Translations under genes and position numbers: made by a program
Notes under the pieces: model-generated
The model's database searches: none
The model's input: only the letters and a program-made list of their open reading frames with translations
What the model was told of the DNA's origin: nothing
Shown: piece after piece, positions 60,234 to 64,000 of the stretch
Numbering within the stretch: the first letter of the stretch is position 1
Layout: every line of letters starts with the position of its first letter
NCBI GenBank assembly: GCA_965214245.1
Contig: CBDCBL010000009.1
Location: 15,551-79,550, forward strand
Length of the DNA: 64,000 nt
Source: Acidobacteriota bacterium
GTDB lineage: Bacteria > Acidobacteriota > UBA890
Direction: 5' to 3'

Positions 60234-61607
60234 TCACAAACGCCCGTCGCCACCGCCTTCATGAGTCGCCTCGACAGCGCAATCGAGCGTATCCCGCGCC
60301 AGGCGCACACTGACCTTGCCGCCGATGGCGACGTCGGCGGCGTGGCGCACGATACGGCCATCGTCGGGCCGCTCGCAAATTGCGTAGCCGCGCCCGAGGA
60401 CGGAGAGAGGACTCATTGCCTGGATGCGTGCGTGCGCTTCAGCGAGCCGGGATTGACGCCGGTCGAAAGCCCGCCGCAGCCCGGTTTCAGCGCTCTTGAC
60501 GGCCGCTTCGAGACGTGCGCGCCGCCGCACCGAAGCGGTCGCCAGGCCGCGCGCCGCGAGGAAGCGACCGATCGCATCGACACTGCGGCCGTGATGTGCA
60601 AGACGGTCCTCGATCGGGGCCAAGACGCGTTCAAGCGCGGCGTCCAGCCGCTGCCGGTAGGCGCCCAACAAGCGCGTCGGCTGCGCCAAGCTGCGCTGCA
60701 GGCCCGGCTCACGCAGTCGGTTCCGCGTTGCCAGCAGGCGTTGCGACAGGGCGCTGCGGCCCCGACGCTCGGCTTCGTTGGTCCGTTGCAGCAGAGATTC
60801 GCGGCTGGCGGCCACCAATTCGGCGGCTGCTGTCGGCGTGGCGGCTCGCCGATCGGCAACGAGATCGGCGATCGTCTGGTCGATCTCGTGACCGACTGCC
60901 GAGACTACAGGAATAGCGGAGGCGGAGATCGCCCGCACCACGACTTCTTCGTTGAAAGCCCACAGGTCTTCCCGCGAGCCACCGCCGCGGCCGACGATCA
61001 GCACGTCGGCGCGCCCCTGCCGGTTCAAGAGCTCGATGGCGGCGCCGATCTCTTCACCGGCGCCGGGTCCTTGAACCGCTGCGGGGGCGAGAACGACATC
61101 GACGGGAACCTGGTTCTTGCGCCAGACGCGCCACATGTCACGCCACGCCGCGCCGCTCGCTGAGGTCACGACACCGACGCAGCGAGGCAACAACGGAAGT
61201 GGTTGTTTGCGGTCGGCGTCGAACAGGCCCTCCGCGGCGAGGCGCTTCTGCAATTGCTCGAACGCCAGCTGCATGGCGCCCCAGCCGACAGGCTCCAGGA
61301 ACCGCGCGATCACCTGGAACTGGCTGCTGCCCTTGTAGATCTCCACCTCACCGCCGACGATGAGCTCGAGGCCGGTCTCGACCTCGAAGGGCACGGATTG
61401 GTTGTCATTGCGGAACATCGGTACCTTGAGAACGGCGTTCTCGTCCTTGAGATCGATGTACCAGTGGCCGGCGGCGCTGCGCGTGAAGCCACTCACCTCG
61501 CCCTGCACCCAGACGAACGGGAAGCGATCCCAGAGCGTTTGCTGCGCCGCATTGACCAGCTGCGAAACCGTCCAGATGCGACGTTCCTCCGGGCCCGGCA
61601 GCGTCAC
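60234..61607 (-). CDS. xseA: Exodeoxyribonuclease VII large subunit
   Basis: It has an OB-fold N-terminus ...WVQGEVSGF... and is 457 aa. Confidence 0.85.
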   Translation of the reverse strand: MTLPGPEERRIWTVSQLVNAAQQTLWDRFPFVWVQGEVSGFTRSAAGHWYIDLKDENAVLKVPMFRNDNQSVPFEVETGLELIVGGEVEIYKGSSQFQVIARFLEPVGWGAMQLAFEQLQKRLAAEGLFDADRKQPLPLLPRCVGVVTSASGAAWRDMWRVWRKNQVPVDVVLAPAAVQGPGAGEEIGAAIELLNRQGRADVLIVGRGGGSREDLWAFNEEVVVRAISASAIPVVSAVGHEIDQTIADLVADRRAATPTAAAELVAASRESLLQRTNEAERRGRSALSQRLLATRNRLREPGLQRSLAQPTRLLGAYRQRLDAALERVLAPIEDRLAHHGRSVDAIGRFLAARGLATASVRRRARLEAAVKSAETGLRRAFDRRQSRLAEAHARIQAMSPLSVLGRGYAICERPDDGRIVRHAADVAIGGKVSVRLARDTLDCAVEATHEGGGDGRL

Positions 61608-62428
61608 GAGAGCTGGACCTCGTCGGCTGCCGTGGGGTCATCGAGCGGCCCGGGAGGATCGAGAAACGTCTCGATGGCGATGGCCCGGCCCGTTGCCGGA
61701 TCGACCCGAATCAGTGCACCGGCCACCCGGGGGTTCGACTCGGCGACCTGGAAACGGGTGGGGCGGCCGGTAGTGAAACGATGCAGCACGAGATCGGTAC
61801 GGGTTCCGATGACCGAATCGTAAGGTCCGGTCATGCCGACGTCGGTGCAATAGGCAGTGCCGGACGACAACAGGCGGGCGTCCGCCGTCGGAACGTGGGT
61901 GTGGGTGCCGAGCACAGCGCTTACCCGGCCATCGGCATACCAGCCCATCGCCAGCTTTTCGGACGTGGCCTCGGCGTGCATATCGAGGACGATCGTCGGG
62001 CAATCGTCGCCGACTTGCGCCAGCGCTTCGTCGAGGCCGAAAAAGGGGCAATCGATTGGCTGCATGAACACACGTCCCTGCAAGTTGATGACAGCCACCG
62101 GATGGCCGGTACGCGATCGTCCTTGAAATACGCCGGTGCCGGGGGCGCCGGCGGGAAAGTTGAACGGCCGCAGGATTCGGGGTTCGCTGTCGAGGTAGGC
62201 GTCGATGCCCCGTTGTGCCCACACGTGGTTGCCCGTCGTCAGCACGTCGACACCCAGCGCCAGAATCTCGTCGGCGAGGGTGTTGGTGACGCCCCGCCCG
62301 GCGGCCGCGTTCTCGACGTTGACGATGGTGAAGTCGACGTCGCGAGACTTCTGGATGGTGGCCAGACGCTCGGCGAGGATGTGGCGCCCGGCCTTGCCGA
62401 CGACGTCGCCGAGAAAGAGCAGATTCAC
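61604..62428 (-). CDS. ymdB: YmdB-like metallophosphoesterase (TIGR00282)
   Basis: MNLLFLGDVVGKAGRHIL...TGNHVW... It forms an operon with rny. Confidence 0.8.
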   Translation of the reverse strand: MNLLFLGDVVGKAGRHILAERLATIQKSRDVDFTIVNVENAAAGRGVTNTLADEILALGVDVLTTGNHVWAQRGIDAYLDSEPRILRPFNFPAGAPGTGVFQGRSRTGHPVAVINLQGRVFMQPIDCPFFGLDEALAQVGDDCPTIVLDMHAEATSEKLAMGWYADGRVSAVLGTHTHVPTADARLLSSGTAYCTDVGMTGPYDSVIGTRTDLVLHRFTTGRPTRFQVAESNPRVAGALIRVDPATGRAIAIETFLDPPGPLDDPTAADEVQLS

Positions 62429-64000
62429 CGCGCGAATCCGACGGCGCGTGTCTCCCGGATGACCGTCACCTTGATCTCACCGGGATACTGAACTTCCTTC
62501 TCGATTCGCTTGGCAATGTCCTTGGACAACCACACGGCCTCGTGATCGCTGACCTGTTCGGATTCGACGATGATGCGCAGCTCACGACCCGCCTGGATCG
62601 CATAAGCTTTGCTTACACCGTTGAACGCGTCGGCGATCTCCTCGAGCTTCTGGAGGCGCTTGACGTACGTCTCCAGCATGTCGCGCCGCGCCCCGGGGCG
62701 CGCCGCCGAAAGCGCGTCGGCAGCCTGCACGAGAACGGCCTCGACGGTAGCCGGTTCGACGTCGAAGTGATGTGCCTCCATGCCTTGGATGACGGCTTCG
62801 GCTTCGCCGTAGCGGCGCAGCAGATCGATGCCGATGGTCAGGTGGGTGCCCTCCACTTCGTGATCGACCGCCTTGCCAATGTCGTGCAACAGGCCGGCGC
62901 GCCGGGCCACTCGCTCGTCGGCGTTGACCTCAGCGGCGAGGATCCCAGAGATCGTTGCGACCTCGATCGAGTGTCGCAGCATATTCTGGCCGTAGGAGGT
63001 ACGAAACTTGAGCGTTCCCAGTAGGCGGACGAGCTCGGGGTGCAGGTCGTGGACGCCGAGGTCATGGGCGGCTTCGCTGCCGTCTTGCTGAATCTGTTCC
63101 TCGATGTCGGCGCGCACCCGCGCGACGACTTCTTCGATGCGGGCCGGGTGGATGCGTCCGTCGCCGACAAGTTGCTGGAGGGCCAGCCGAGCGATCTCGC
63201 GCCGCAGCGGGTCGAAGGTGGAGATCAGCACGGCTTCGGGCGTATCGTCGACGATCAGATTGACGCCGGTGATCATCTCGAAGGCGCGGATGTTGCGTCC
63301 CTCGCGGCCGATGACGCGTCCTTTCATGTCGTCCGACGGCAGCTCGACGACCGACACGGTGTGTTCGGCGACGGGATTGCTGGCGCAACGCTGGATCGCC
63401 ATAGAGACGATGTGCTGTGCCTTCTTACGGGCGTTGGCCTTGGTTTCGTCTTCGATGCGGCGTAGCGTCTTGGCCGCTTCTTCGCGGGCCTCTTGCTGCA
63501 TCAGTTGCATGAGCGCCTGCTTGGCCTGATCCGACGTCTGGCCGGCGACTCGCTGCAGGCGGTCGAGGGCCTCCTGGCGCTTGCGATTGGCTTCCTTCTC
63601 GAGAAATTCAACCCGCTCGATCTTGCCGCGCAGCTCGCGCTCGAGGCGCGACAGTTCCTTCTCGCGATCGTCGAAGGCGTTGGTACGCCGGTCGAGCTTT
63701 TCTTCACGGCGCGCAATCCGTTTTTCGAGACGGCTGAGCTCGCGGCGCCGGTCGCGGCTCTCGTCTTCGAACGTCTGACGTGCCCGCAAGTGTTCTTCGC
63801 GGGCGTCGATCTTGGCTTCCTTGAGAACGGACTCTGCGTCGCGTTCTGCCCCTTCGCTGAGCTCCGCTGCTCGCGCTTTGGCCTCTTCGAGGAGTCGGCC
63901 GGCGAGGCGGCGTCGCATGGCGAACCATATGGCCATGAGAACGATCCCAGAGAGGACGACCGAGCCGCCGACAACAAGCGCCGTTGACGTAGGGGAGTCA
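62425..64000 (-). CDS. rny: Ribonuclease Y; the N-terminal TM helix and start codon lie beyond the window end
   Basis: KH domain ...GRVIGREGRNIR... and HD domain ...LLHDIGK... The frame stays open upstream through ...LVVGGSVVLSGIVLMAIW to position 64000. Confidence 0.85.
   Translation of the reverse strand, partial: DSPTSTALVVGGSVVLSGIVLMAIWFAMRRRLAGRLLEEAKARAAELSEGAERDAESVLKEAKIDAREEHLRARQTFEDESRDRRRELSRLEKRIARREEKLDRRTNAFDDREKELSRLERELRGKIERVEFLEKEANRKRQEALDRLQRVAGQTSDQAKQALMQLMQQEAREEAAKTLRRIEDETKANARKKAQHIVSMAIQRCASNPVAEHTVSVVELPSDDMKGRVIGREGRNIRAFEMITGVNLIVDDTPEAVLISTFDPLRREIARLALQQLVGDGRIHPARIEEVVARVRADIEEQIQQDGSEAAHDLGVHDLHPELVRLLGTLKFRTSYGQNMLRHSIEVATISGILAAEVNADERVARRAGLLHDIGKAVDHEVEGTHLTIGIDLLRRYGEAEAVIQGMEAHHFDVEPATVEAVLVQAADALSAARPGARRDMLETYVKRLQKLEEIADAFNGVSKAYAIQAGRELRIIVESEQVSDHEAVWLSKDIAKRIEKEVQYPGEIKVTVIRETRAVGFAR

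Overview
This is a 64-kb segment of a high-GC bacterial chromosome. Roughly 60 genes are densely packed and are mostly housekeeping genes (gene symbols below). They include the start of a phytoene-desaturase-like oxidoreductase, a GcvT-like aminomethyltransferase, lepA-hemW, an M24 aminopeptidase, a PQQ sugar dehydrogenase, purL, a vapBC pair, an amidohydrolase, purA, pssA-psd, tsaB, mutS, anmK, ilvE, pilT-recX-alaS, an SLT transglycosylase, an AmiC-like amidase, pgsA, nrnA, pepA, dcd, acd-meaB-mce, nadK-tlyA-ispA-xseB-xseA and ymdB-rny. Two things stand out. (1) An accessory, more AT-rich and heavily degraded mobile-DNA region at about 16.4-27.1 kb sits at a tRNA-Arg(CCT) gene. A 41-bp direct repeat of the 5' half of the tRNA brackets a ~6-kb relic of an integrative/mobilizable element. 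It holds an intact IS3-family IS with a 4-bp target-site duplication (TSD), a small tyrosine recombinase, a frameshifted ArdC-like gene, an IS3 remnant inside an integrase gene, and palindromic GTAGACA repeats. Beyond the tRNA lie a second integrase, split thioredoxin-like fragments, a lipoprotein gene truncated by a second IS3-family copy that is itself interrupted by an IS256-family element with an 8-bp TSD, then tRNA-Glu and tRNA-Lys. (2) A family of 33-bp inverted repeats (MITE/REP-like) occurs at four or more intergenic loci. Its ends coincide exactly with the stop codons of flanking genes, and in one locus it tightly brackets a DUF2065 gene. Other observations are an amber-interrupted VapC toxin next to an intact Phd antitoxin, a relic OmpR-family gene end, a +1 frameshift in mutS, and a frameshift in a C7 run in nrnA. 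These may be real decay or sequencing errors. Everything was read by eye; no similarity searches were run.
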